Notes under the pieces: generated by a model
Seen by the model: only the letters and a program-made list of their open reading frames with translations
The model's database searches: none
Told to the model about the DNA's origin: nothing
Translations under genes and position numbers: made by a program
In this document: positions 47,773 to 60,021 of the stretch, one piece after another
Layout: every line of letters begins with the position of its first letter
Numbering within the stretch: position 1 is the stretch's first letter
Source: Hyphochytrium catenoides
Lineage: Eukaryota > Protista > Hyphochytriomycota
Assembly: GCA_900088475.1 (NCBI GenBank)
Contig: FLMG01000513.1
Span: forward strand, 1 to 60,021
Direction of reading: 5' to 3'
Length of the DNA stretch: 60,021 nt

Positions 47773-49540
47773 TCAGAGAGACCATCCTAGATTATTTTGT
47801 TGCTGATGTTGGAAAGGTATTTTGAAAACTTTGTTCCCTATGATGGCGATGACTTCCACAGCTTCCACACGGACGGGATCTGTGAGCAGCCTCTTCTCTA
47901 GACTCTCAATCTCGTGAGTCTTGATCTTAGAGAGAACATCGCCAACGGCAGACGCAATGGAGACGTGTGGTTGAGGGTTCTAAGTGTCAGGAAGGAAGAA
48001 GAGGAAAAACGAGCCAGTTAGTGCTATTCCGACAGCGTCTTGGAAAGATGGCCAGACGGCAGCAGAAGAGACATCGTGGGAAGGAAAAACAGCCGAGTGG
48101 AATCATTTGGGAAAGAAGAAGGAGAGAGGGAGAGAGAGAGAGAGAGGGAGAACAACCTGTGGGCGAGAGAGAGAGAAATGAGAGAAGGGGAGTGAAAGAC
48201 ACATACAAACACTTGGAAAGACAGTAGGCTATCCTAGACCTCGTACCTCATAGTATGTAGGCTGCCGAAACTTGAAAAGACATTGATCTATTCTATCTAT
48301 CACTCCGATGACCTTAGAAAAGGAGAATCAGGTAGCAATGAGTAGGGGAGAAGTGAGTTGACAAGAGTCAGACTGAGTGACGTCTCACCTCTTGAGATCC
48401 AAAGGTGACTGGAATTGCTACGAAAGATCGGGTCCGCTCATCGTTGATGAACAGCCGCAGGCCATGCAGGACAAAAGTAAACCTAGGAAACGGCGGTCCA
48501 GCAGACATGATTAGGCTTTATGAGGTAGAGGGGAAGCCTTATTGGCATGTTTCCGTCAACTATTGGGATCTTAAGGGAGAGAGGATTCTAAGGAGATCAT
48601 TGAACTAAAGGTGATAGAGACCGGAAGGGTAAGAGGCAACCAACCGCAAGCAAGAGCTGGTGTAAGACGAGAATGGAAACCTTACCTCTTCTGCCTCCGG
48701 AGCGCCAAGCTGACGTCTTCCACGAACTCGTTTATCTGATTATATCTCAGAACGAAAGTTCTAGACAGGCTCAGGTGCAGACTGTTATCTCCATAGGAGC
48801 ACGGTATGAGCTCCGATCCATTTTGATCCAAGAAGTTCCTTACGAGCTTCCTGCTTCCGGACAGTATCTCCGCCTGTTTCGCTCTTAAGCTCTCGGAAAG
48901 AGGAACTTCATTCGACATGTTAGCCTAACCTTCAGAAAAATGACAAGACTCAGGCAGGAATAACCATAAGAACTCCACATAATTGGTAACACGAGTGCTG
49001 CTGCTGACGTGAGGCGAAGCTATCGCACCTCTAATAAAGAGGTGAGAAGGCCAGTTTCCTTTTACGTGTGCAAAACTCCGGACCCAGGGCACCTTGTTGT
49101 CTGCCTCCGCTCGAACTCTGACCTTCTCAATCTGCTCCTCTAACAGCGGAAAGACCAGAGCAACAGCTTAGAAGATACTCTGTGTAGCTCTGCAGGCTGG
49201 CCATTAAAGCAAAAGATGCCTTTCTCCTGTATGCCTATACCACAAACTTAATGCCCCCTGGCCCTCTATGTCTGAGCTATTCACTTCCCCACCCAGAGGG
49301 TTACAAGGCTCACAGATTAGGTCGCTCACCTTCTTCAGCAAACATAGACCGGACACCTTCTGGGACTTTCAGGATCTTGGTTGCTCTAAGCTCTACGGTG
49401 TTCACAACGTCTGCCAGAGCTCGTTTTCTTGCATCTTTGCTCTCTCTCTCTCGACTGGGTTCGTCGTCTTCCTTGCTCTCCAATAGAACCTCCTCCTCAC
49501 TCTCACTGCTCTGGGCGTAGTTGGCGAAAATGCTATTCAT
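47773..49540 (-). CDS. USB1: U6 snRNA phosphodiesterase Usb1 (2H family), multi-exon
   Basis: VRSFAHVKGNWPSHLF, LHLSLSRTFVLRYNQI..F, FINDERTRSF, FRQPTYY, PHVSIA; two H-x-S motifs. Confidence 0.92.
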
Positions 49541-50456
49541 GGCACCTATCCAGGTCATTTTGCCTCGAAGACTGAGTACGCTAGGCTCCGCCTTGTCTCC
49601 CAAACACCCTGATTGCTCCACAAGGCGAAATCCTTAGCGCCATGCCTTTTAACCTGCCCACGTTTGATTCAGGGAGTTTGGCTTAATGCAGTGAACACAA
49701 TTGGCAGTGACGGAGAGCAGCATACCACCAGCTAGCAGAGCTGCCTCGTCTCCATCAATCTTCAATAGCCGCTGTTGTTGGCAGTCCTGCGATCCTTGGT
49801 GCGCTCTTCCTTCTTCCGCTATTCCTCAGATGCTCATGAGCTGCATGAGCTCGCTGATCGCTGATGAGCTTCTTGCTGTCATGTCTCAGCCTGCTTTGGC
49901 ACTTCTTTTCATTCTCTCTCCTCGTTCCACAGCCCAGACACCCCCATGGACACAAAGACACAAACCGAATATTCCAGGGGTACAGGTTTGAGGATGACCC
50001 TATAATACAGAGAGTATGTTGGGCGCAAGCATACCGGGAAGAACGAAAAATATACTCGGACAGATTGGAAGGAAATATGACGCTATGCGAATATATTGGG
50101 TTGAGTAGAGGATGATAGCTGCTAACGGCTCCGTGTAGTAGTGGCTTGAAGATCATCTAATGATGGAGTTTATCGGCTCGGAAGATCATGCGTCTCCTTT
50201 CTTGGATGTCTCTACATGGCCGCCGCGGCCGCTCCGCTCCCTACATTCGTCCATTATTGCGAAAGATTGGTCATGCCCTGAGCATCTGGAGCTGCAATAT
50301 TAGCTCTGGAAAAGGAGAGATGGCAAGGGTTCTTGCGCGAGGTCTAGGTTGAAGCAGTGCCAGAGAGATAGTGATCCGCAAGCGGTTCCTCTTTTCTGAT
50401 TCTGCCCATATGTGGACTGGAAAACTTCGTCAGACTGACTCAGAGCTCCGCTTAAC

Positions 50457-51994
50457 ATGGAACCAGCAGGTCCACGTACCAGTCCTAGGCCTGTGACTCA
50501 GGCTGTGGGTAAGTTCATAGTCTGCAGAGTAGAACTAAGGAGGAACTACGACGAACTCTTTAATGGCATACAAAGTAACGATTCAGCTGTATGGCTCTGT
50601 AAATAGCACAACCTGGGGATGGCGGTTCCGGAGAGATCAAGGCGGTCCTCCTGCCCCTATCAAGACGGCGTCAACCCCCGTTCGCTCCTCGTGGTCTGAC
50701 TGAGATACGACGCTACACTGTCGACACTGAGAGTAACCTGCCTCAACAGGGACTAGAGGCTAAAGGCGTAGACGATGAATACGCCAGCATTAGCTCCTTT
50801 GTTTCCTTATATCAACCCGACCCTATCGCCACACCTAAGTCTGAAGTAGGTGATGAAGATGGCAGAGCTAGCTACGACGTCATCCGTCATGATGCCCGAG
50901 TCCTCCATTCAGGAGATGACTCTACTCCTAAAGCCGATGGAAAATCCAACAAAGGAGTGAAGGTAGGGTTCGATGGAGGAAGGAGATTAGCTAAAGAACA
51001 GCTTAAGGAAGGTACACAGAGACAGATGTCAAGGTTTGAGGATCACCTGAATTGAGGGAGGAGCCAGCCAGAAGTGGATAGAGGGGATACCTCCGAACTA
51101 TAGTGTTCCTCCTCCCACCCTGACGCTGATATGTGTGGGCAGAATGAGAGCAATGGCTCAAACCGCAGCACTCCTTCCTCCATCAGGGGAGCTCCAGGGC
51201 AGCAAGCCTCCTTCTATAGAGCCAGCAGCTCCAACGCCCGGTATATGACCTGTGGCACACTCTTTGAGACAAAGACTTCATGGCGTGCACTTCGCCGATC
51301 TCTTTGCCTTCTTATTCTTCCTTATCGCCTTCAGATAAACTCTACTTGTCGAATTCGTTCTTCTGAGACAACGCTTACGTTCATCGAGGCTACTCCGTCA
51401 CCAGTCCTACAGTGGCTGTTTGGAGGCGGCTTCCCAGTTTCGTCCTCGGCAGTCTCTCTCCTTCTGTATGCTGCTTTGTCTACAGCGAGTAACTCTTCTG
51501 CACTTGTTGGACTCAGATTTAAACGCGCTACGCGTGAGATAGCAGCGTTGGACTTTCTCTTGAACATTCCTATGAAGAATGAAGCAAGAATGCTGCGGAG
51601 CTCCATCGCTCAGACAGAGAACCAGAAGCCGGCCTCTATGAAGCAAGCCTCCGAAGCACAAGGTAGGTACAAACGAAGAAGAACTAGTGGCCGACAAACC
51701 TTGGTGAACTGCCGTAAGCAGACGAGAAAAATTAACCTCAGCTTTCTATTCTCTATAGGCGCCATTGTCATAGATGCCGAAAGTGGTGCTGCGAATGGTG
51801 CAACCTCCTCTTCATTTTTGCTGGACGGCAGAGTCCCTGGCATTCGGTATCGCACGCACTTCACTATCTCTTTATCGTTATCAGACTGAGGAATGATTTG
51901 TCTCATCACGGTTTTCGTCCCCTTCTCCCTCTGTCTTTTTCCTATCTCTCTCTCTCCTTCCCTCTCTCTCTCTCTCTCTCCCTCTCTCTTCCAC

Positions 51995-52030
<36 letters not shown>

Positions 52031-54134
52031 CCTCTCTCTCCTTGTGTGTCTTTTGCTTACTTACCATGTCCTCTTGTCTCCATCTCTCGTTCTCTTGGTG
52101 CTTCGCCTGACGGATGGATCTTCGGGATCTCTTCAGCTTGCCAGGCAAGACGGCAAAAATTATCCACATTCCTGGCGAGTTCCGGCATCGACTGATGACA
52201 AAGTTTCCAGCTCAGTCGACGGTAGTGGGTCGATGGGAGGCCAGCGTGATCAGCGAGGGCCTAATGGACTCCAGAATATACTTCTCAGGGATGCAGGGCT
52301 ATCCGACGGCGGTCTTCTCAGTAATAAAGGTGAATATCTCTCCCTCAACTTTATCTCCATCACTGGTATATCTATCATCTTTCTCGACTTCCTTACTCTT
52401 TGTCGCTTGCGCCACGCCCTTGCCAAATATCCTCACGTCGCCCTATCTTATCCTCCAAGTACGAAACTCCCGCTGAGCAAGCGCATCGCAAGCGCGGGCT
52501 TGGGTCGAGCCAAGCTAATGAGAAGAAAGACGACAAATATGACTGGAGGGGCAAGTCATACTTTCATCTCCTACACGCAAGGTTGTCCGCCAAAGAACGA
52601 GAGATGATTGTACTCTACGAGCGGTTCTTTATCCATTCTATGGGGTCTTCATTTCTCCCGTCTCTAGGATACGGTCTTCCTTCTATTGCTCTCTCTTATC
52701 TGCTTGCAGCTTCTTGGCTTATTGCTACCATCGTGGCGTTCTTGGCAGTCTTCCACCTATGAAGTTCCATCTTCACTCACCCGATGCCCTCCCTGTAGGT
52801 GGACAAAGTGCAATGCCGCACGGGACGCGCGGGATCCTCATCCCGATCGGGGGATGCTGTACGACCCAGTCTTTCTTGATGATCCGGATATGCGGCAGGG
52901 GAAGCATCGGAAGGTTATTCGAGGAGATAAAACCATGGGTGGGAACATCTCTTCCTCACTCTGCCTTCAGCAATACCTCACTGACCTATTTTTAGACTAT
53001 CCTGCGCCGTTTAACTCTTGTTCTCAGCCCGCAGTCTTCTCTTTCTGTAGCTCTCTTTGTCTGTTTGTCAATGACTGATTGAGAAGGAATGTAGGCCCAG
53101 TGATGACAAGTGTGATCCTCTTCGTTCGCCCCGAGGATTTAAAGGAGGAGCTGAACAAAAAGTTCAAGGAGAAACACCCGACAATCCCATCATCACTTTC
53201 TCTGTCAAAAATCCGCGCTCTTAAGCGATCTGCTCTGTCTCTTTCATTAAGGAACCGAATCAACGTCGCTACTGTGGCGCTAGCCTGCGTCTATTTTGAA
53301 AAGTTGGTGCTGAAGGGCGTGGTGACCAAGGCTGATAGGAAGCTAATGATGGCATCCTGCCTTCTGCTGGCCTTCAAATTTAATGAGCCACTCAGCAGCG
53401 AAGAATATAAGATTGTCAGGAAGAAGTTATTGGAAGACGTAGACAGGTGAGCGCCTTTCTCTCTCGGCTTGATAATATTGCTTGCCTCCAAGCACCGCTA
53501 TTGTACGATGTGACCCTTCTTATGGATACTAGATTCGCATCTCCTCACTCTTTTCGCTATCTGCCGTCTGTTGGTCTCTATATTGCTCTTGCCACCGGCT
53601 TTGTCCTTGAGTTCTCTTGGACAGTTGTAAGGTCTTCTCTCTCCCTCTATTGGTTGCCCCATCTCGGTTCTTAGTTCAATGCTGACAGTTCTTAAGTCAG
53701 CCGTGCTCCTCCTTCCCTCCTTGATGCTCTGCGCGCTGGCCATCTGTCTCTCTCACTGTGCATCTATTTCTTCTCTGCATAGAGTGTTTGCCGTTCCTGC
53801 ATCCGAGGTTCTGAAGAACGAGTTTTCAGTTTGGGCCGCCCTCTCCTTTGGCCTTCACATCCAGCTCTATGAGCTGGTTCCACACTTCAATCGCTTACTG
53901 AAGATGTGCGACACCAACCCAGAGAAGTACCTATGCCAAACTATGTTTTTCCAGTATATGGAGAATTGCTATGAGGAGCAGCATGGAGGGGAACTGCCAG
54001 AGAGGAAGGAAGGCGATCTACTAGAGGATGATGAACAAGAAAGTGACAGGGAAGATGAAGAGGAAGAAGAGGAGAGGGAAGCCGAGAATGACTTTATGAG
54101 CGGCTTCAAGTGGATCAACTTCTGGAAGCGATAG
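50457..54134 (+). CDS. CABLES-like cyclin-box protein, multi-exon
   Basis: REIAALDFLLNIP, YDPVFLDDPDMRQGKHRKV, LKEELNKKFKEKHP, SLSKIRALK, VALACVYFEKLVL, KADRKL, EFSVWAALSFGLH. The start exon is tentative. Confidence 0.85.
51940..52040 (+). repeat. Intronic (CT)n microsatellite
   Basis: Read directly from the sequence. Confidence 0.9.
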
Positions 54135-55268
54135 CACTGATGCTTACTATACGACCTCGCCTATCCTGAGCCATTCTCTCTACGTCTGGCATCGTGAGTT
54201 CTCTTTTGTACAATCAACGTAACAGTGACCCTTCAACGTGCCAATGCCCCTTGTACTATCGCGTTCCCAGTAGGGTTCGCTTTCTTATCAGAGCTTTGGA
54301 TGTATCTCTAGGAACGATTCAAGTCTTGCTGTTCTTCCATTGCTTCTTCTAATGCTTGAGCGAGCGGCGCAGTGCTCCTACTAGGCAGCGAGAGCGCTCT
54401 CAAAGCCTTCCACGATGGTTTTATAATAAAAATAACACAAAGAGGCGTGCGTCCAAAGACAAAGATCGCGCATGAAGCACCGCAGTGTTCTCAACAGAGA
54501 GAGAGAGAGTCAAACCGTTCAGAACTGCTTAAAATTAACCAGCGGAGGCCCCGCCGCCCGCCAAGAAGCATCGCCAGAGCTCTCAAGAGTCAACAGAAAG
54601 GCAGCCAGAGCGCGCTGGTGAGGATGAGAAGCTGATGATCTGATGATTACCTTGACCAGCGGGGAGCCGTTACGAGGCTAGCCGTTATAAGAAGCTTCCA
54701 GAGGTGAGAGACAGAGTGAATAATTTAGTTGCTGGAATTGATCTCGAGGTGCGAGACAGAATAGCTCATGTAGAGACAGAGTGGGAGAAGGGGAGGAGGG
54801 AGAGAGATACCGCGCCTGTCAGAAAGAGATGCAGAATTCGCATAATTCTTTTTCCTCAAATCTGCAGATCGGCTGCACTTGGCATGGGCGCTTGCGGGCA
54901 GCAGCACCGCGTCGCCTCTTAATGCATATCTCTATCTCTGTTGCTCCTGATCCTCAGTCCTTGCTTGGCATCTGCGCTCTCCTCCCTCGCTACTGCTGCA
55001 GAACACGCGGTGTAGACTCTCCTCTGCTCTTGGGTTGACATTTCTCATCTAGTGTTGGTCTCTGTTCCTTTTCCTACCCGCTACCTAGCGATCCTTAGAA
55101 CTAGGATGTACTATGCGGAGGAAGCAGAGCTTGAGTCTTAGTAGTGCTTAGCGCCACAATCCAGCCGAAGGGGAAAGAGAAGGTCGCTCTTAACCCTTTC
55201 TCGACTTTAAGCTTTACTCCTCCTTCCCTCTCCGTGACCTCTGACATGCGCAAACCCTGACTTTGAAA

Positions 55269-55471
55269 ATGGACACTCCGGTTGCCTTGTCAACCCGTCT
55301 TCATCGCCTTGTGAAGACGAAGGCAAAGGCGGATGAGCTAGTTCCCGTCTTGGAGATGCTGCAGAAGGCGCCAGTAACTATTCAGATACTGAAGGACACT
55401 CAAGTCGGCAGGTGAGGAAGAAGCGAGAAAGGGAGAGAAATGAGGAAGAGAAAGTTGTGCGTGAGTGTGTC

Positions 55472-55506
<35 letters not shown>

Positions 55507-58500
55507 CGTGACTTGCTTGACATGAAGAGCAAAAGAGACCTCAGAACGAAAGAGACGTACACGGGGAAGAGAGCTAAACGATAGATAAGCGAGGAGATGG
55601 AGTCAAAGAGAGTGAGAGTGTGTCGATAGAGAAGGACGTCTACCTGGATAATAACGCTTGCTTTGGGGCGGCAGGGTGGTAAATGGACTTCGTGGGCACG
55701 ATAGCGAGAGTGTCAAGGGTCTGGCAAGTAAGTTAGTCAAGCAATGGAGAGACCTGGTGCCTCGCAAGCCTTCCAATAACTCAGGTATGAGGTCAAACTA
55801 TGCGCGCACTCTCCCCCCCTCTCTCTCTTCCCCTCTCTCTCTCTCTCTCTTACTCTCCCTCTCTTGCTTTTTTGTCCAGTCAGTCCGTTCGATGCCACTT
55901 CGATGTCAGTTCTGGCTCTACCACTTGGCCTTATAGCTCACGCTTCTAGTCACTCTCTCTCTGTTTCTTTTCTTCCTTTCCTCTCTGACCTTGCGCTTGT
56001 CACTCTCTCTCTATGGCTATATAGAGATACCTAGTGTCCTAAGACCTGGCTAACCAACTGCCTTACATTCTTCTGCAGCTCCTGGACCCAGGTCCAACGG
56101 TGAGAATGACGATAGAAAAGCCCAGGTTGCAGAGAAGATCAAGGCGCGGTATGAAGAGGCCAGGCAGCACAGAAAGCAGAACTCATTAAAGGTGCGACGC
56201 GTCTTCGCTGTCTTCCTACGTGTCCCTAATGTTCCCTATCACCTGTTGTCCTCCTTGTCCCTTAGAACCTTGCCTCTCTGGCCATGACATCTCCTCACCT
56301 AACAGAGTGCTCTCCTTCTCCTCTCCCTCCACTTCTCTTTCTCTCTAATTTTCTATTTGCTTTGCTGCCCTTCCTCGCATTCGTCTCTCACTCTCTTTCG
56401 TCCCTATTCTCCTTGGCTCCTTTTCCATTTGGCCTTGCTGCAGGTGGTCAACAACCTTGTCGATCAAGGGGATAGGAAAAGAAAGAGACCAGACTCAAAG
56501 GGTCTTACTAAAGGAACACCACCGGTAGCTATGCAATTTTCTTAGCTTCCGCTTGCTCGTATCTCTGATCAACTCGCTTGTTTCTTCTTCTGATCTGCTC
56601 ATATGCCTCCTTGTCTGCTCTCCTATCTTGGCTATTCTACTCTTCGTCGTGCTTTTCCTCTCACATGTGACCGCACGCACTTGCCCAGGTGAGGAGTCCC
56701 GCAGTCTCTCCCGCAAAAGGCGGTGGGGCCTACTCCTCAATGAAAGCTTCCATTCCTGTTAGAAGATCCCAAACGTAAGTCAATATTCTCCTAGGCCGTC
56801 CTTCCTCTAGGCCTGTGCGTCTCTTCCTGCGGATCTGCGGCCTTAGTCCTTCGTCCTTCTCTCTTTTCCTCCAATGACTTAGTGGAATCGAAGACAGTGA
56901 TGAAGAGCTGCGAAGAAAATATTTGGAGAGACGAAAGAAACTAGCAGAAAGAGCTAAAAAATTAGAGAATGGCTTTACAAAGTTTTCCAATCCAAGCGGC
57001 CCCTCTCACCCGAGCAAGTCCCTAGTGACGACTAGCAAGGACAAGAAAGAGAAAGGAAAGGAGAAAGGAGCAGAAAGAGCCAAGGCTTCTCCACCTCAGC
57101 CAACCGCCACCGTGAATCGCGGATTTCAGCGCATTGTCTATAGAGATAGCTCAGGAAAGGCCATAGTGCCTGGGACTGAGGGAAGCGTCCCTTCTCTCTC
57201 TCCTTCCTCCTCCGCTGGCAAAAAGGCTCCACCAGGTGCCATCACTAGAGTTAAGGACAAGCCCACGACACAGAAAGGAAATGGCGTGCCATCGTCTTTA
57301 GGTCCTCTTTCTACGGCGGCAGACTCAAAAGGCGCACAGGAAGTTAAGAAGTGGCTACAAGGTAAGGCATAAATCAAGCGGGAAAGAAAGCTTCCCAAAA
57401 GAGGAAAGGCCTTGGGCAAGACTCTCTGTTTCTCCTCTTCCCTGGTCATCTGATGAAGGAGCCATACAGGTTTACTCTTTTGCTTTTGATCTCGCTCGCT
57501 TTACCATCCTTCTTTCTGCTACACTCTGTCATTGACTGACACCCTTCCATTCTCACCTTCTCCTCTCTCTCTCTCTTCTCCTTTTACGTCCACGATAGGT
57601 TTGACAGGAGATATGAGTCGCTATGCGAGCACTATAATTGAGCAAGGCTTCGACAGCTTGGAGCTATTGAAGACTCTACAGAAGGAAGATCTAGAGAGAA
57701 TCGTGCCAAAGATCGCGCACAATAGAATAATATACGAAGCGGTCCGGCAGCTGCAAAAAGGAGGAAGGTAAGCAAAGAAAGGAACAGGCAAAGAGCCCAC
57801 GACGCTCGAAAGACAACGAGAGGAGTTGAAGCGAAAGGAAGGCATGAGTGAATCTACATGGAGAAAAAGCCTGCAGAGTAGAAGAGTTTTCTCTTTGAAA
57901 CCCCGCTCTGCACTTTCCTGGCTAATTATCCATCTCCTCACAGCAAAAAGCACTCTGTTGGGATGGCTGACAGCGGACGACGGAGATCTGAAAGAGCAGG
58001 AGGAGGAGGCGGTGGAGCGTACAGCCGGCGCTACGATGAGGAAGAGGAAGATAGCGAAGACTCATTCATTGTGGATGATGAGGATGAGTTATCGGGTGAA
58101 GACTATTATAGGTGAGCAAATCTTGAGGGCAGGAAACCAAGGAATGGGAGAAGGGTCAGTCAGGGCGGCACAGTCGCTCTCAGCGAACTCAGAGGCACAG
58201 CTGTGTACACGTGAAGCACAGAAAAAGGGAAGGGAGAGAGAGATAGAGAAAGAAGAGAGAGAGAAGACAAAGATAGAGGACCAAGCGAGAAGATGTCAGC
58301 TGGTAAAAATTGATGCACGCCGATTATCTACCGTCGGTGTTAAAAGCCCAGGCAGAGACATCTACGGCTCGTCAGGGCCGCTTGGGCGGACAGGAGCCAG
58401 AGAAGGGTAACAGACAGCGAAGAGCTCAACACGAGAAAGTGAAGAGGAACAACGGGAGAACGGGTTGGAGACAGAGTTTCCTAGCTAATGCTTGCTCTTC

Positions 58501-58745
58501 CTCTTCATAGCCGCAACTACAGCTCAGAGATCCAAAAGCTCTTTGGTCCAAGAGGTCGGTCCCGCTACGCGAACGACTATTCGGATGACAGCGCCAGTGA
58601 TATGGAGGCAACCTTCGAGGACATCCAAAGAGAAGAAAGGAGGAGGTAAAGCTTCTCCAGTCTTTCCTCGATCTTGACTGCTTTATATCTCCTCTGATTA
58701 GCCAACTGAAGTCCCTTATTCCAGGCTTCCTCTTTCTGCAATCAC

Positions 58746-58778
<33 letters not shown>

Positions 58779-59096
58779 TCGCTCTCTCCTCTCTCTCTTT
58801 CTTGCTCTCTCCTCCTTCCATTCTGCATTCATTAGTCCTATCTTGCCATCTTTGTGCACTGAGTGTCTTCAGGACTATTGCTTGGCTTATGAGCAGACTA
58901 TCCGTTCTCCCACAACTCAATGGTTGATCATGCCCTTTCCTTCTCCTGTCTTTCCTTCCTGAACTACTCGCCGCTGACAATCTCTTTTCTCGTGTCCGGC
59001 AGCGCTCGCATCGGAAAGGCCGAGGATGACGCAGAGCTAGAAAGAGAGTTGGCGGAGTTGGAGGCGAAGAAGCGGAAGAAGAAAAAGAAAGGCTGA
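55269..59096 (+). CDS. SPT2-family chromatin protein with N-terminal TFIIS-N (TND) domain and a central SAM domain, multi-exon
   Basis: TND: VTIQILKDTQVG/RVVNGLRGH...LASKLVKQWRDLV. SAM: EVKKWLQGL..DMSRYASTIIEQGFDSLELLKTLQKEDLERIVPKIAHNRII. SPT2 C-terminus: DSFIVDD...SSEIQKLFG...SDMEATFEDIQREERRSARIGKAEDD. Confidence 0.82.
58746..58815 (+). repeat. Intronic (CT)n microsatellite
   Basis: Read directly from the sequence. Confidence 0.9.
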
Positions 59097-59453
59097 AGCT
59101 TGACCGACCTCTTCTATAATAAAGAATTCACATGCTGTCAGAAGACAGCCAACTGTAACTCAAACTCTCTCTCTCTCTCCTCTCTTTTGCTCTTTGGTTT
59201 CTTCTCTCTACTTCTCTCTATTCTGCCGATCACCCTTTCTTCCTTCAGTCTTGCTCTGCAGAGGCCCACCAAACATTTTCCGTCCAAGTGGACAGCGTCA
59301 GCTGCCTGACGTGATGAAGACGCTATATATTAATCTCTCTCTCTCTGTCTCTCTCTCTCTCTCTGTGCTATGTCCCATTCTTCTATCAAGTGCTGGCGTT
59401 GTGTTCAGATGATGCAGTGGTCATCATCCTGTCAACCCTCTAGTTCGGGCTTT

Positions 59454-59456
<3 letters not shown>

Positions 59457-59492
<36 letters not shown>
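59457..59492 (+). repeat. (CT)n microsatellite
   Basis: Read directly from the sequence. Confidence 0.9.
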
Positions 59493-59495
<3 letters not shown>

Positions 59496-59695
59496 CCTTC
59501 CGACCTCTTTCTTTCGCGTCTTGTTTGTCCTATTCGGTAGTTTGTCATGGATTCCTTCCTCTCCACCTTCTCGTCATGATGGCGGGCACCAAGTGATTGG
59601 CAACAACAAACAGAATGGTTGTCTTGGGGAGTAACAGGGGAGAGAGTAGAGAGAGAGAGAAAGGAAACAGAGTAGTTTAAAGACACAGAGAAAGG

Positions 59696-59726
<31 letters not shown>

Positions 59727-59974
59727 AGTTCCAAGCCCCAGAAGAACAGCCAATCCTTATTCACCCGAAAGTAACCTTGAATATGAAAGGTTTCGCTCTG
59801 CCACGCTCTGTCGCGGTACTACCATAACCGATAGCATGGTTTCAGTACGGCTCATTCGGAAATATTCATATTCTTCATGAAGGCAAAAAGGCAAGGTTCC
59901 TTAACACTTGAAAATAGGGAGCGTAGAAAAGTACCGAAAGAGAGAAACAGAAGAGAGAAAGAGAGGAGAGACAG

Positions 59975-59987
59975 GGTGTGTGTAAGT

Positions 59988-60021
<34 letters not shown>
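59975..60021 (+). repeat. (GT)n/(GA)n microsatellite at the window end
   Basis: Read directly from the sequence. Confidence 0.9.

Overview
Eukaryotic (protist-like, plausibly stramenopile; taxon is inference) genomic DNA with GT-AG spliceosomal introns, so the ORF track fragments most genes. About 0.3-7 kb holds compact intron-rich genes: an HMG-box protein, an LYR-motif protein, CutC and an MpaB/rubber-oxygenase-like protein. Next is an intronless 1154-aa protein with a signal peptide, six tandem SET domains and a C-terminal HDEL, i.e. a candidate ER-lumenal multi-SET methyltransferase and the most striking feature. About 11-34 kb is an accessory-like region with a frameshifted BTB gene, two decayed Helitron-type RepHel fragments in inverted orientation, a convergent inverted pair of ~11-TM paralogues with a near-identical 3' tract, a gene with two LC8-like domains plus two TM helices, a possible MULE relic and a GPI/mucin-like surface protein. 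About 34-59 kb holds conserved genes: OSCA/TMEM63, APRT, a SEL1L3-like LamG+Sel1 protein, a small PAM2-motif ORF, USB1, a CABLES-like protein and an SPT2-family protein with extra TFIIS-N and SAM domains. Introns become longer and (CT/GA)n-rich beyond ~45 kb. All family calls are by manual motif recognition; no database search was run.
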